Shown here: piece by piece, positions 28,272-38,532 of the stretch
Numbering within the stretch: position 1 is the stretch's first letter
How the letters are laid out: every line of letters begins with the position of its first letter
Assembly: GCA_050179135.1 (NCBI GenBank)
Contig: JBFXFK010000003.1
Span: forward strand, 4,948-68,479
Length of the DNA stretch: 63,532 nucleotides
DNA from: Desulfatirhabdiaceae bacterium
GTDB taxonomy: Bacteria > Desulfobacterota > Desulfobacteria > Desulfobacterales > Desulfatirhabdiaceae
Reading direction: 5' to 3'
Made by a program: the position numbers and the translations under genes
The notes under the pieces: generated by a model
Told to the model about the DNA's origin: nothing
What the model saw: the letters and a program-made list of their open reading frames with translations, nothing else
Database searches by the model: none

Positions 28272-31085
28272 CTACACAATCCGCGATGCAACCACCTCAA
28301 CCGGATGGTACACCGGTATGGACGATACATCCTCCAGTTGAAGCGTGCAGGTGGGGCAGTCGGTCACAACGGCTGATGCATGCGACGCGTTCAGCCGGTC
28401 CGCGAGATCCGATCCGATCCTGCGGCTGAGTGCAACATGCCGGGACATGGCCCCCCAGGTTCCGGCCATGCCGCAGCAATGGGACTTCAGAACGGTCAGA
28501 TCCATGCCCAAGTTGTTTGAAAGCAGATGAATCGAACTCTCCGGGTCGGATTGAACCTTCAAATGACAGGGCATATGATAGGTCATTGGAATGGCAGTGG
28601 ATGCCGGAGACAATTTCAGCCTGCCGCCATATCGACCGATAAGCCACGATATGTGAATGGTTTTTGATCCGATCGCCCGTATCAGCGGATTGTCCGTCAT
28701 ATCCTGCCACTCCTGCATCAGAGACAGGCCGCAGGAAGAACAGGTGACCACAATATAATCCATATCGGAAACCAGTTGCCCCCAGTGTTTCAGATTCCGG
28801 GCAATTTTTTCGCGTCCCCGGGCCACCATCCCCTTGGACAGCATGGGCAATCCACAGCAATGCTGGGGTGGGGTGTGTACGGCAAATCCCATGTGGGTCA
28901 GAATCCGAACACAGGCAACGCCAATTGCCGGACGGACCCAGGTTGCAAAACAGCCGGCAAAATATAGAACCCGAAGTCCTCCCCTGCCCGACACCGGATT
29001 GACCTGTTTAAACAGGGGATGATCCGCAAACCGGACCGGATTCCGATCTTGTGAAATTCCCAAAAAGGCATCCTGCAAGCCTCTGACAACCGGCATGGCC
29101 ATCAGCCGGTTCATGGCGCGGGGCATGTGCATGGCCGCACGTCCCGCAGTTTCAACCTGGGTGATGATCCGGTCCGGAAGGTTTTCGCCAAAGCGCCGGA
29201 CATAGGCTGCCTTTGCTTCAAGAGCCAGTTTGGGAATATTGACCCCGGACGGACATTCCATCCGGCAGCTTCCGCAGTTGATGCACCGGTTCATCACCGA
29301 CTGTAATGCGTTTTCATAGAGCGTTTTGGTGTCAAACCGGCCGCTGACAAGCGCCCGCAGCAGATTGGCCTTGGCTTTTGGACTTGCCGCTTCCTCACGG
29401 GTGAATTTGTAGATCGGACACATGCGCGTGGCATGGGTCACGGTGGTGCACTTTGAACAGCCGTGGCATTTTTCCACCTCTTCCAGAAATCCGCCATTCC
29501 AGACCAGTTCATATTGCGCCAGACCATGCGCCCGATACGCACTGCCATAGCGCAGCGATTTCATCATCTGCTCCGGATCATGATGGGTGATGATCTCCGG
29601 ATTCATCAGGCCTTCGGGATCCAGAATGTCCTTGATTTTCAGAAACAGCGGGTAAATTTCAGGATACTGTTTTTCAAGATATGCACTGCGCAGCCTGCCG
29701 TCGCCATGCTCGCCGGATACGGTCCCCCCCAGGGAATGCACCAGATCGCACAGACCATCCGCCAGGGTCTTCATCAGACGGATGTCCCGATCCTGTTTCA
29801 GGTTCAGAAGGGGCCGGGTGTGCAACAGGCCTTTGGCAATGTGACCATAGATGACAAACGGCACGCCCTGACGGTCCAGCAGATCATAAAGTCCTTTGAA
29901 ATACGGCAGAAGCTGAGCAGTTGGAACGGCGGCATCCTCGATCAGGGCCAAAATTTTCCGTTCGCCCTTGAGCCGGTATAAAATCGGAACAGCCGCTTTT
30001 CGCACCGCCCAGAAACGGTCTTTCTGTTCCCGGGTGACCGCCAGGAATGATGCGTCCGAAAGATGGGCGTCATAAATCCGCTGTTGGGATTGCCTGGCCA
30101 GGTTTTCAGCCTCCTCACAGGTTGCCGCATCAAACTCGATCAACAGAATGGCCGCAACATCAGCCGGGATTTCCCGCTCAAGCGCCGGGCTGTTATCCCG
30201 GGCCAGCGTCAGCAGGGACCGGTCCATGATTTCAATTCCGGATGGCCCCATCGGCAGCAGGTATTGCATGGCTTCTGCCGCTGAAAAAAGATCGGAAAAA
30301 AACGCCACAACCAGAGAATCAAATGCCGGCTTCTCAATCAGCTTCAGTTGAAGCTGTGTGACCACGCCCAGCGTTCCCTCACTGCCTGTCAATACCCGAC
30401 GCAAATCCAGTTGACCGTTTGCAACCATGCCACGCAGATTGTATCCGGCCGTGTTGCAGGGAACAGCGGGATACGCGTTTTCAATCATGACCCGGTTTTG
30501 TTCATACATATCCAGGACCTGTGTGAAACGGGACGGCAGGCTGTCACCGGGGGTATTTGAAATTTCCGAAAGGGTGGAAATGCTCCCGTCGCTCCAGACG
30601 ATTTGCGCATCCAGAATATAATCCGAAACATTGCCGTATTTTACAGAATGGGCTCCGCTGGCGTTGGTTCCGGCCATGCCGCCGAATGTGGCGTACTCAC
30701 CACTGGAAGGATCCGGCGGAAAAAACAGGCCGGAGCCGTTCAGTTGCGCCTCAAGCTCACCCAACCGGTATCCGGGTTGGCAGACAAAAAATTTTTCATT
30801 CCGATCGAGTGTGATCAGTCGATTCATGTATCGGGAAAAATCAATGACGATGCCGTGTCCCAATGCGGCGCCGCACAGGCCGCTTCCCGCACCACGAGAA
30901 TGAATCGTCAGGCCGTTTGCCGCAGCAAACCGGACGGTTGCCACAACATCCCCGACATCGGCGGGATAGACGACTGCCGCAGGCTCGATGGAGAAAATGC
31001 TGCCGTCTGTTGACACCAGCCGGGTGTGGATCGGATCGTCAAACACATCACCGGTGATCCGATCCTGAAGCATATTGAATTTCAA
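28272..31085 (-). CDS. FAD-linked oxidase fused to 4Fe-4S and CCG (GlcF/HdrD-like) domains; GlcD-GlcF / D-lactate dehydrogenase-type
   Basis: FAD-binding GAGSGLCGAA, two CxxCxxCxxxCP-like motifs (CHGCSKCTTVTHATRMCP, CINCGSCRMECP) and two CCG motifs (HCCGLP, HCCGMAG). Confidence 0.9.
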   Translation of the reverse strand: MKFNMLQDRITGDVFDDPIHTRLVSTDGSIFSIEPAAVVYPADVGDVVATVRFAAANGLTIHSRGAGSGLCGAALGHGIVIDFSRYMNRLITLDRNEKFFVCQPGYRLGELEAQLNGSGLFFPPDPSSGEYATFGGMAGTNASGAHSVKYGNVSDYILDAQIVWSDGSISTLSEISNTPGDSLPSRFTQVLDMYEQNRVMIENAYPAVPCNTAGYNLRGMVANGQLDLRRVLTGSEGTLGVVTQLQLKLIEKPAFDSLVVAFFSDLFSAAEAMQYLLPMGPSGIEIMDRSLLTLARDNSPALEREIPADVAAILLIEFDAATCEEAENLARQSQQRIYDAHLSDASFLAVTREQKDRFWAVRKAAVPILYRLKGERKILALIEDAAVPTAQLLPYFKGLYDLLDRQGVPFVIYGHIAKGLLHTRPLLNLKQDRDIRLMKTLADGLCDLVHSLGGTVSGEHGDGRLRSAYLEKQYPEIYPLFLKIKDILDPEGLMNPEIITHHDPEQMMKSLRYGSAYRAHGLAQYELVWNGGFLEEVEKCHGCSKCTTVTHATRMCPIYKFTREEAASPKAKANLLRALVSGRFDTKTLYENALQSVMNRCINCGSCRMECPSGVNIPKLALEAKAAYVRRFGENLPDRIITQVETAGRAAMHMPRAMNRLMAMPVVRGLQDAFLGISQDRNPVRFADHPLFKQVNPVSGRGGLRVLYFAGCFATWVRPAIGVACVRILTHMGFAVHTPPQHCCGLPMLSKGMVARGREKIARNLKHWGQLVSDMDYIVVTCSSCGLSLMQEWQDMTDNPLIRAIGSKTIHISWLIGRYGGRLKLSPASTAIPMTYHMPCHLKVQSDPESSIHLLSNNLGMDLTVLKSHCCGMAGTWGAMSRHVALSRRIGSDLADRLNASHASAVVTDCPTCTLQLEDVSSIPVYHPVEVVASRIV

Positions 31086-31271
31086 CTGTCGATTTCCTGT
31101 AGTTTAATGTAAAAATAGAAAAACAGAAGCCCAGAATTCAGTAGAAAATCGGTAAAATCATTTTCATATCTGGGGGCGAACCCATCGAAATGATTCATGA
31201 TCGTTTAACGTAAAAATACAAAAAAGTGGTCTGTGGTCAGCGCAGGGCGGTCGGGCTGCCTTCCTGCGGCC

Positions 31272-31362
31272 CCTTCATCCTTCATCCTTCATCCTTCAGC
31301 CTTCATCCTTCATCCTTCATCCTTCATCCTTCAGCCTTCAGCCTTCAGCCTTCAGCCTTCAG
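31272..31362. repeat. Perfect-phase heptamer tandem repeat, 13 units of CCTTCAT/CCTTCAG
   Basis: Counted directly. Shorter tracts of the same family (either strand) lie at 24878-24917, 44588-44623, 59463-59504, 61353-61377 and 63193-63221. Confidence 0.9.
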
Positions 31363-31537
31363 CCTATAAACATTATTTCAACCGTCACGCCGGTAGTCAA
31401 CCAAAATAAGCCAAATCAGGTCCCGAACCGGTCAGGATTAATCTGGTTGAATTCCATACGGTCTTGTGGCATGTTGACGGAAAGGGTTTAAAATTGAGAA
31501 ACGGCGTCTCTCATCGGACAGAATATCAAAAGGAATA

Positions 31538-32812
31538 ATGGACAAAGAAATGACAATTCATCCCATCCTTATTGTTGATGATGAAAAATCCCTGATACTC
31601 AGCATTCAGGCCGGATTTGAGTCCTTTCGTGACCGGTATCGTCTTTATACTGCGGAAAATGGAAAACAGGCCATCGAAATACTGAAGGCCAATCCCATCG
31701 ATATTCTGGTAACCGATATCCGAATGCCGGAGATGGATGGCTTTGAGCTGATTGTTTACATGAATACGCATTATCCCACTGTGCCAATCATTGTCATGAG
31801 TGCTTACGGGACCCGGGAGATTGAATCCCGTTTGAACAACATTGGAATTGTGCGATTTCTCGACAAACCGGTTGCGTTTGAAAAACTGATTTCCAGCATC
31901 GAAGACGGTTTGACCCGCGGAACCCAAAGCGGTTCGATGACAGGCATTTCCGTCGGCAGCTTTCTTCAGTTGCTGGAAGTGGAAGAAAAGACATGTCTTC
32001 TGGATGTCCAGACCAATGGAAAAAAAGGCCTGTTTTATCTGAATCAGGGAAAGCTGTATGATGCCGTGTGCGGCAATCTGGTTGCAGAAGAAGCCGCAAT
32101 CGAAATGATCATGTGGGAAGGGGTCAAACTTCAGTTCAAAAGCCTTCCGGATCGAAAGATCATCCGGCGCATCACGACCGATATCATGGCTATGTTGATG
32201 GAGGCATCCAGACGAAAGGACGAGATTAACGAACCCGAAGAAACCGAAAATTTTCCTCTGGATTTTCCGGTATCCGGAATAATCGACCACATTGATACCG
32301 ATCAAATCAATCTGGATTCCCTCCCCAACATCCTTGACCCCTTACAGGGGGATAAACACACATTTGAAAAAATCCGGTTGCCGGATACCCATGAATCATT
32401 GTTGGGCAATGATCCGGATATATTTGAGCCCATCCCCCGTCTTTCCATAAAAAAAGTGAATGATCTCCTGAAAACAATGGCGCTGGAAATCAGCGGCGTT
32501 GTTTTTCTGGGCGTTTTTGACCGGGATGGTATCCGGATTGCCGATTTCCCATCCGCTTCTTCCCTGTCGGATGCTTTTCCCGCGCACATGACCACGCTGA
32601 TGAATGCAGCTCAAAAGGCAGTCACCGCTCTGAAAGGCCGGGAACAAATTGAGGAACAAATCGTGCAGACCAGCCAATCCTGGATTCTCTGCCGGCCGCT
32701 GTCATCACTCTATTATCTTGGGATTATTGTAGAGAAACCTGCCATTCTGGGGAATATCCGGCTGGTTGCCGAAAAAAACAGTGACGCGCTCAAACGGCTG
32801 TTTCTGCCATGA
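31538..32812 (+). CDS. Response regulator: REC + DUF4388 + C-terminal Roadblock/LC7 (MglB-like) domain
   Basis: ILIVDDEKS...LVTDIRMPEMDG. DUF4388-like GISVGSFLQLLEVEEKTCLLDVQTNGKKGLFYLNQGKLYDAV...EEAAIEMIMWEGVKLQF. Roadblock-like ISGVVFLGVFDRDGIRIADF...YYLGIIVEKPAILGNIR. Confidence 0.75.
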   Translation: MDKEMTIHPILIVDDEKSLILSIQAGFESFRDRYRLYTAENGKQAIEILKANPIDILVTDIRMPEMDGFELIVYMNTHYPTVPIIVMSAYGTREIESRLNNIGIVRFLDKPVAFEKLISSIEDGLTRGTQSGSMTGISVGSFLQLLEVEEKTCLLDVQTNGKKGLFYLNQGKLYDAVCGNLVAEEAAIEMIMWEGVKLQFKSLPDRKIIRRITTDIMAMLMEASRRKDEINEPEETENFPLDFPVSGIIDHIDTDQINLDSLPNILDPLQGDKHTFEKIRLPDTHESLLGNDPDIFEPIPRLSIKKVNDLLKTMALEISGVVFLGVFDRDGIRIADFPSASSLSDAFPAHMTTLMNAAQKAVTALKGREQIEEQIVQTSQSWILCRPLSSLYYLGIIVEKPAILGNIRLVAEKNSDALKRLFLP

Positions 32813-32848
32813 TCCGGGGATCAGCCCCATGAAAGGTAATATCCATCC

Positions 32849-33553
32849 ATGTACGAAAATACCCCCTCCCCAGACCATCTGGATCATATTTTTTCCATAT
32901 TCCGGCATGAATTGGGGAACACGGTCAACTCTCTCAAAATCACACTCGAAGTTCTTCTGAACAATTACGCGGGATTTTCCGATCAAAAACGCATCGAGTT
33001 TATTGAACGGTCCATGGAACAGGTCGATCGACAGCACCATCTTCTGGATAAAATGAAGGCGTATGCCCATGCCACCGTGGATGATATCCAGACCATTCCA
33101 TTGCTGTCATTCTGGAATGAACTCATTCAGTTCATCCGCTCCAAAACCCATAAAACCCCGATTGCATTCAACCACCAGATTGCCGCGTCACATGTATTGA
33201 TCAAAGCCAGCCTCTCCGCCACCCAGCAACTGCTGGACCATATTCTGAACAATGCCATCGATGCCCTTGAGGGAATCGACTCGCCTCAAATTGACATGGA
33301 AGCCAGTATATCAGGTGCTCACCTGATTCTTCATATACAGGATAATGGATCCGGAATTGTCCCGGATGTTCTGCCCAAAGTGGTTCTGCCGTTTTTTTCC
33401 ACCCGCAGCGACCGGAATGGGATGGGACTGTCCATTGCAGGCAAACTGATGCATCAGATGGGTGGGCAGCTTTTAATCTCGTCAACACCGGGGAAGGGAG
33501 CTGTTGTGACACTTCAATTTCCAATCCTGCACAATCAGGCAAATATAAACTGA
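32849..33553 (+). CDS. Cytoplasmic sensor-less histidine kinase (DHp + HATPase only)
   Basis: H-box FRHELGNTVNSL, N-box ILNNAIDAL, DNGSGI, GMGLSI. Confidence 0.85.
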   Translation: MYENTPSPDHLDHIFSIFRHELGNTVNSLKITLEVLLNNYAGFSDQKRIEFIERSMEQVDRQHHLLDKMKAYAHATVDDIQTIPLLSFWNELIQFIRSKTHKTPIAFNHQIAASHVLIKASLSATQQLLDHILNNAIDALEGIDSPQIDMEASISGAHLILHIQDNGSGIVPDVLPKVVLPFFSTRSDRNGMGLSIAGKLMHQMGGQLLISSTPGKGAVVTLQFPILHNQANIN

Positions 33554-33581
33554 AATATTTTTATATAAGGAAACCGCCGCC

Positions 33582-34931
33582 TTGCTGACACAGGAAATCA
33601 TCGCCTACAAAGATAATCTGGAGCGTGTACTGGACAATCTGAAAGAGGGAATCATTGCCCATGACCTCAATCGCCGGATCTTTTTTTTCAATCAGGCTGC
33701 GGAGAATATCACCGGTTACAGCAAATCGGATGTCATTGGGCAGGATTGTCATGTGGCCATGGGCGGCCCGTTTTGTGGAAACCGGTGTCAGTTCTGTGGG
33801 AATCAACCCGGCATTGCAGACAAAACCGGATATTCAACCTACATTCGAACCAGGCAGGGAGAATACCGCTGTATTGAAATGTGTATCACCGCCATAAACG
33901 ATGAAATTGGCGAGCGGGTCGGCGTGGTGGCCTCATTTCGTGATGCCGACAATTGCCTCAACCTTCAGCTCGATGCTGAAAAAATTCAGGGATTTGGAGA
34001 AATCATCGGAAATGATGTCCGGATGCTGGATATATTTCAGCAGATTCGGAACGTCGCCCGATATGATTATCCTATTCACATTTCCGGAGAAACCGGAACA
34101 GGCAAGGAACTGGTTGCCGCAGCCATTCACTATGAAAGCAACCGAAAAAACGGACCATTTGTCCCCATCAACTGCGGCGCGCTTCCGGAGGGTCTGATTG
34201 AATCCGAACTGTTTGGTCATGTCAAGGGTGCGTTCACCGGTGCGGTCCGGGATAAAAAAGGCCGGTTTGAGCTGGCCGATGGCGGAACCATTTTTCTGGA
34301 TGAAGTGGCGGAACTCAGCAAGCCGGTTCAGGCCAAGCTGCTGCGCTTTTTGCAGGAAGGAGAATTTGAAAAAGTGGGCGGTGAAAAAACCATTTCGGTC
34401 AATGTCCGCGTCACCAGCGCCACCAACAGGGATCTGAAACAGGCGGTGCAGCGCAATCAGTTCCGGGATGATCTGTACTATCGGCTGAATGTAATTCCCA
34501 TTCATCTTCCGCCCCTGCGGGAGCGGAAAACCGATATTCCGCTTCTGATCGATCATTTTCTGTCCCAGGCAGGGAAACGTTACAATCAGCCGATACAGGG
34601 AATATCACAGGAAGCCATGTCCCGGTTGATGGCCTACAACTGGCCCGGCAATATCCGGGAGCTTCAGAATACCATTCAGTATGCCATCGTTCACCGGAAA
34701 AACAGCCGGATCGACGCCCATGATCTACCTTCCGAAATCCAGGCAGCGGCCGCCTGCAAAATGACCACGTCAAGAGGTCCCAGACAGAAACTGGATGCAA
34801 AAACCACCCTCGAGGCCCTTACAAAGACGGCCGGAAACAAATCCCGGGCTGCAACCATTCTGGGGGTGGGACGGGCAACCCTGTACCGGTTTCTGGAGGA
34901 ACATCCCCAATTATGTCATCAATGGGAATGA
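33582..34931 (+). CDS. Sigma-54-dependent transcriptional activator with N-terminal PAS domain and Fis-type HTH
   Basis: TTG start. [40 protein letters not shown]-terminal [14 protein letters not shown]. Confidence 0.9.
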   Translation: MLTQEIIAYKDNLERVLDNLKEGIIAHDLNRRIFFFNQAAENITGYSKSDVIGQDCHVAMGGPFCGNRCQFCGNQPGIADKTGYSTYIRTRQGEYRCIEMCITAINDEIGERVGVVASFRDADNCLNLQLDAEKIQGFGEIIGNDVRMLDIFQQIRNVARYDYPIHISGETGTGKELVAAAIHYESNRKNGPFVPINCGALPEGLIESELFGHVKGAFTGAVRDKKGRFELADGGTIFLDEVAELSKPVQAKLLRFLQEGEFEKVGGEKTISVNVRVTSATNRDLKQAVQRNQFRDDLYYRLNVIPIHLPPLRERKTDIPLLIDHFLSQAGKRYNQPIQGISQEAMSRLMAYNWPGNIRELQNTIQYAIVHRKNSRIDAHDLPSEIQAAAACKMTTSRGPRQKLDAKTTLEALTKTAGNKSRAATILGVGRATLYRFLEEHPQLCHQWE

Positions 34932-35687
34932 ATTGCCAATCCGCCGGCATTTACCCGGTCCCAGATATTCCCACAAACCAAGCTCACCCTGCTTTAGTTC
35001 GGCATAGCAGCAGGTTTTAATCCACGCGCCGGTATTGACATAGACTTTGCCATTTTTTTTAATAATTTCAGGATAATGGGTATGTGCCAGGATCACCATG
35101 TCAAACCCCCTTTCAAGCAATTGAAGCCCGACTTTTCGATACGCTTCCGGAACACTGGGTTTGATGCCGGTTTCAACACATTTCCGGCTGAGCCCGGAAA
35201 GCCATTCGCCCAACTGGATGCCGATGGTGGGGTGAAGGAGTTTGAAAAGTTTCTGATTTCGTCTGTTTCTGAGCATGTGAAATATCAGCGTATGGATTGC
35301 CCCGGTCTCGACATAACGGTCGCCATGAGACATCAGGAGCCGCTTTCCCTGAATGTCAATTTTCAGTTCCTCGCCATGCATCATCATTCCAAGCGTCCGG
35401 CTTAGAAATGGTCCCAGCGAAAAATCATGGTTCCCTGCCAGATAGTGAAGCCGGACCCCGGACTCGGCCAGATTTTTGAGTGCGTGAAGGATGTTGAAAT
35501 AGTCTGAGCGGATCACATGGCGGTATTCAATCCAGAAGTCAAAAATATCACCCAGCAAAAACAAATGATCGATCCGGCCCTGAATCTCCTTCAGAAAGGC
35601 AATCAGGGCCTCTTCCCGGTTTTCTCCACCGGAAACGGGCAGGCCCAGGTGCACGTCAGACAAAAAAATGGCGGTGTCATGCGGCAT
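34911..35687 (-). CDS. lpxH: UDP-2,3-diacylglucosamine diphosphatase-like metallophosphoesterase
   Basis: LSDVHLG, LLGDIFDFW, LAGNHDF, SHGD, LAHTHYP. Start set at MPHDTAIF, overlapping the acnA stop by 11 nt. Confidence 0.7.
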   Translation of the reverse strand: MPHDTAIFLSDVHLGLPVSGGENREEALIAFLKEIQGRIDHLFLLGDIFDFWIEYRHVIRSDYFNILHALKNLAESGVRLHYLAGNHDFSLGPFLSRTLGMMMHGEELKIDIQGKRLLMSHGDRYVETGAIHTLIFHMLRNRRNQKLFKLLHPTIGIQLGEWLSGLSRKCVETGIKPSVPEAYRKVGLQLLERGFDMVILAHTHYPEIIKKNGKVYVNTGAWIKTCCYAELKQGELGLWEYLGPGKCRRIGNSFPLMT

Positions 35688-38472
35688 GGTTGTCACGCAC
35701 CCCCATTTGACGCAACACATAGTTCAAAATGCCGCCGTGCTTAAAGTAGGTCACTTCGATCGGAGAATCCAGCCGGGCCGTGACCTGAAACGAAATGACG
35801 GCGCCATCCTTCCGGGTCGCCGTGATATTCAGTGGCTTGCCCGGTGTCAGTCCTTCCGCAATTCCGGTGATGGTGATGGATTCGGTCCCGTCGATACCCA
35901 GTTGTTTCCGGCTGTCTCCGGCCAGAAACTGAAGGGGCAAAACACCCATGCAGACCAGATTGCTTCGATGAATCCGCTCGAAACTTTCGGCAATCACCGC
36001 CCGGACCCCCAAAAGAGCGGTTCCTTTTGCTGCCCAGTCCCGGGAACTTCCGGTGCCATATTCCCGTCCGGCAAAAATCACCAGAGGTGCGCCGCGTTTT
36101 TGATAAATGGTGGCGGCTTCATAAATGGTCCGGGTGTCATTTTCCGGCATCAGACGGGTATATCCACCGTCAACACCCGGCACCAGTTCATTTTTCAGAC
36201 GAATGTTTGCAAAAGTGCCCCGGATCATGACTTCATGGTTTCCCCGCCGGGCCCCGTATGAATTGAAATTGTCCGGCGTCACACCCCGGGCAATCAGATA
36301 CTGGCCCGCCGGCGTGTGGGCCGGGATGGAGCCTGCCGGAGAAATATGATCCGTGGTGACACTGTCCCCCAGAATCGCCAGCACCCGGGCGTTCCGTACA
36401 TCCTGCGGGGGAATGACAACCGCGTCAATATCCTGAAAAAACGGGGGCTCCTGAATATAGGTTGATTGCGGATTCCACTCATACAGGGCGCCATCGGGAA
36501 TTGGGAGGTTTTGCCAGGTATCGGACCCGTCAAAAACAGCGGCGTATTCAGTTGCGAACAGGTCGGGTTGAACATAACGGTCAATCATTTCCTGAATTTC
36601 GGAATCCAGTGGCCAGAGATCACGAAGGTAAACCGGGTTGCCATCCTTGCCCATGCCGACAGGCGCCTGACTCAGATCGATATCCACGACACCGGCCAGG
36701 GCAAATGCCACGACCAGCGCCGGCGATGCCAGAAAATTGGCCCGGGTCAGGGGATTGATCCGTCCTTCAAAATTGCGGTTGCCGCTCAGTACCGATGCCA
36801 CCACCAGATCATGGTCCTGAACAGCCTGTGCAATGGCTTCCGGAAGCGGGCCGCTGTTCCCGATGCAGGTGGTGCAACCATAGGCGGCCAGATGAAAATT
36901 CAGTTTTTCCAGCCAGGTCAGCAGTCCGGACGCTTTCAGATACCGGATGGCGACCTTGGAACCCGGAGCCAGGCTGGTCTTGACCCAACAGGGCGTTTGA
37001 AGTCCGGCCGCCACCGCGTTTTTGGCCAGAAGCCCGGCTGCAATCAGGGCTGCGGGATTGGAGGTGTTGGTACAACTGGTGATGGCCGCGATCACCACCG
37101 TCCCATGATTGATCCGTATCTGCCGGCCGTTCAATTGAATGGCAACCCCCTGTTGGCCATCCACATCACAGACAGACCATTTGTTGTCCGGTGAGGGAAT
37201 CGCGCCACCTTCCTGTTCCCAAACCGGTTTGGCGATAGGGTTGTGTTCTTCCGATCCATCTTCGCAGAATTGCCCAAAGGACTGGCGACAAACAGATTTC
37301 AACCGGTTAAGCGGCGCGCGGTCCTGGGGACGTTTGGGCCCGGCCAGACAGGTGACAACATGTCCCAAGTCCAGCTCGACCACATCATCATAAATTGGAT
37401 CGGAGGCAGTATCCTCCCGAAACAGTTTCTGGGTTTTGCAGTAGGTCTCCACCAGACTGACCAACTGGGGATTTCTTCCGGTCAGTTTCAGATAGTGAAT
37501 GGTCTTGTCATCGACCGGAAAAAATCCCATGGTGGCGCCGTATTCCGGCGACATGTTGGCAATGGTTGCCCGATCCTCGACACGGAGAGTGGACAGGCCC
37601 GGACCAAAAAACTCCACAAATTTTCCGACCACACCTTTTTTGCGAAGCAACTCCGTAATGGTCAGCACCAGGTCGGTTGCGGTTATTCCCGGCCCCAGAC
37701 TGCCTGCCAGGCGGACCCCAACCACTCCGGGGGTCAGCAGATAATACGGGCTGCCCAGCATGACCGCCTCGGCCTCGATACCCCCGACCCCCCAACCCAG
37801 GACACCCAGTCCATTGATCATGGTGGTGTGGGAGTCCAGCCCGACAAGGGTATCGGGAAAAACCAGTTTTTCCCGGTTCCGTTCCCGGACACAGACGACC
37901 CGTCCCAGATATTCCAGATTGACCTGATGGCAAATACCGGTAGCCGGCGGGACAACCCGAAAATTGCCAAAACTTTTCTGGCCCCATCGCAAAAATGCAT
38001 AGCGTTCCAGGTTCCGTTCATAATCCCTTTCACTGTTCTTTTCCAGCGCATCTGCGGTCCCGTAATAATCCACCTGCACCGAGTGATCGATCACCAGCTC
38101 CGCCGGGATGACCGGATTGATTTCAAGGGGTGTACCATAAAGTCGCTGAGCCGCATCCCGCATTGCCGCCATATCCACAACCGCGGGCACGCCGGTAAAA
38201 TCCTGAAGCAGAACCCGGGCCGGAAACAGGGGCAGCTCGGCCGGTTTCGTGTTTTCGGATCTTTGGGCCAGCCGTTTAATATCATCAGCCGTGATGATGA
38301 ATCCATCCTCATGCCGCAGCAGATTTTCCAGCAGGATTCTCATGCTGTAGGGCATGCGTTCCAGTTGAAAGGGAAGGGTGTCGGACAATGCCGGCAGGCT
38401 GTAGTAGATCAGATCACCCGTATCTGTGGAAAGAGATCTTTTGGTATTCAACGAATTCAAATATTCTGGCAT
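35677..38472 (-). CDS. acnA: Aconitate hydratase A
   Basis: 931 aa. Canonical LLQDFTGVPAVVDLA-like, ITSCTNTSNP, CTTCIGNSG cluster ligands and swivel domain. Confidence 0.95.
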   Translation of the reverse strand: MPEYLNSLNTKRSLSTDTGDLIYYSLPALSDTLPFQLERMPYSMRILLENLLRHEDGFIITADDIKRLAQRSENTKPAELPLFPARVLLQDFTGVPAVVDMAAMRDAAQRLYGTPLEINPVIPAELVIDHSVQVDYYGTADALEKNSERDYERNLERYAFLRWGQKSFGNFRVVPPATGICHQVNLEYLGRVVCVRERNREKLVFPDTLVGLDSHTTMINGLGVLGWGVGGIEAEAVMLGSPYYLLTPGVVGVRLAGSLGPGITATDLVLTITELLRKKGVVGKFVEFFGPGLSTLRVEDRATIANMSPEYGATMGFFPVDDKTIHYLKLTGRNPQLVSLVETYCKTQKLFREDTASDPIYDDVVELDLGHVVTCLAGPKRPQDRAPLNRLKSVCRQSFGQFCEDGSEEHNPIAKPVWEQEGGAIPSPDNKWSVCDVDGQQGVAIQLNGRQIRINHGTVVIAAITSCTNTSNPAALIAAGLLAKNAVAAGLQTPCWVKTSLAPGSKVAIRYLKASGLLTWLEKLNFHLAAYGCTTCIGNSGPLPEAIAQAVQDHDLVVASVLSGNRNFEGRINPLTRANFLASPALVVAFALAGVVDIDLSQAPVGMGKDGNPVYLRDLWPLDSEIQEMIDRYVQPDLFATEYAAVFDGSDTWQNLPIPDGALYEWNPQSTYIQEPPFFQDIDAVVIPPQDVRNARVLAILGDSVTTDHISPAGSIPAHTPAGQYLIARGVTPDNFNSYGARRGNHEVMIRGTFANIRLKNELVPGVDGGYTRLMPENDTRTIYEAATIYQKRGAPLVIFAGREYGTGSSRDWAAKGTALLGVRAVIAESFERIHRSNLVCMGVLPLQFLAGDSRKQLGIDGTESITITGIAEGLTPGKPLNITATRKDGAVISFQVTARLDSPIEVTYFKHGGILNYVLRQMGVRDNHAA

Positions 38473-38494
38473 GGAATTCCTCCTTTGAGGTAAT

Positions 38495-38532
38495 GGGCTT
38501 TGGGCTTGGGGCTATGGGCCTTTGGGCTGTGG
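38495..38532. repeat. G-rich 7-8-bp tandem repeat (GGGCTTT GGGCTTG GGGCTAT GGGCCTTT GGGCTGT GG)
   Basis: Read directly. It lies just upstream of the acnA RBS on the coding-opposite strand, so it is C-rich in the acnA 5' leader. Confidence 0.6.

Noticed and set aside
31272-31362. The tandem repeats here, and at 86-218 and 20025-20123, could be taken for CRISPR arrays.
   Set aside because: Units are only 7-8 bp and directly abut one another with no spacers. No cas genes are nearby. These are microsatellite-like arrays.
36466-38493. Long plus-strand ORFs (242 aa at 36466-37194 and 416 aa at 37243-38493) in the ORF track.
   Set aside because: They lie antisense to the unmistakable acnA gene. 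They are rich in Gly/Arg/Pro/Gln, as is typical of antisense frames, and carry no motifs or RBS.
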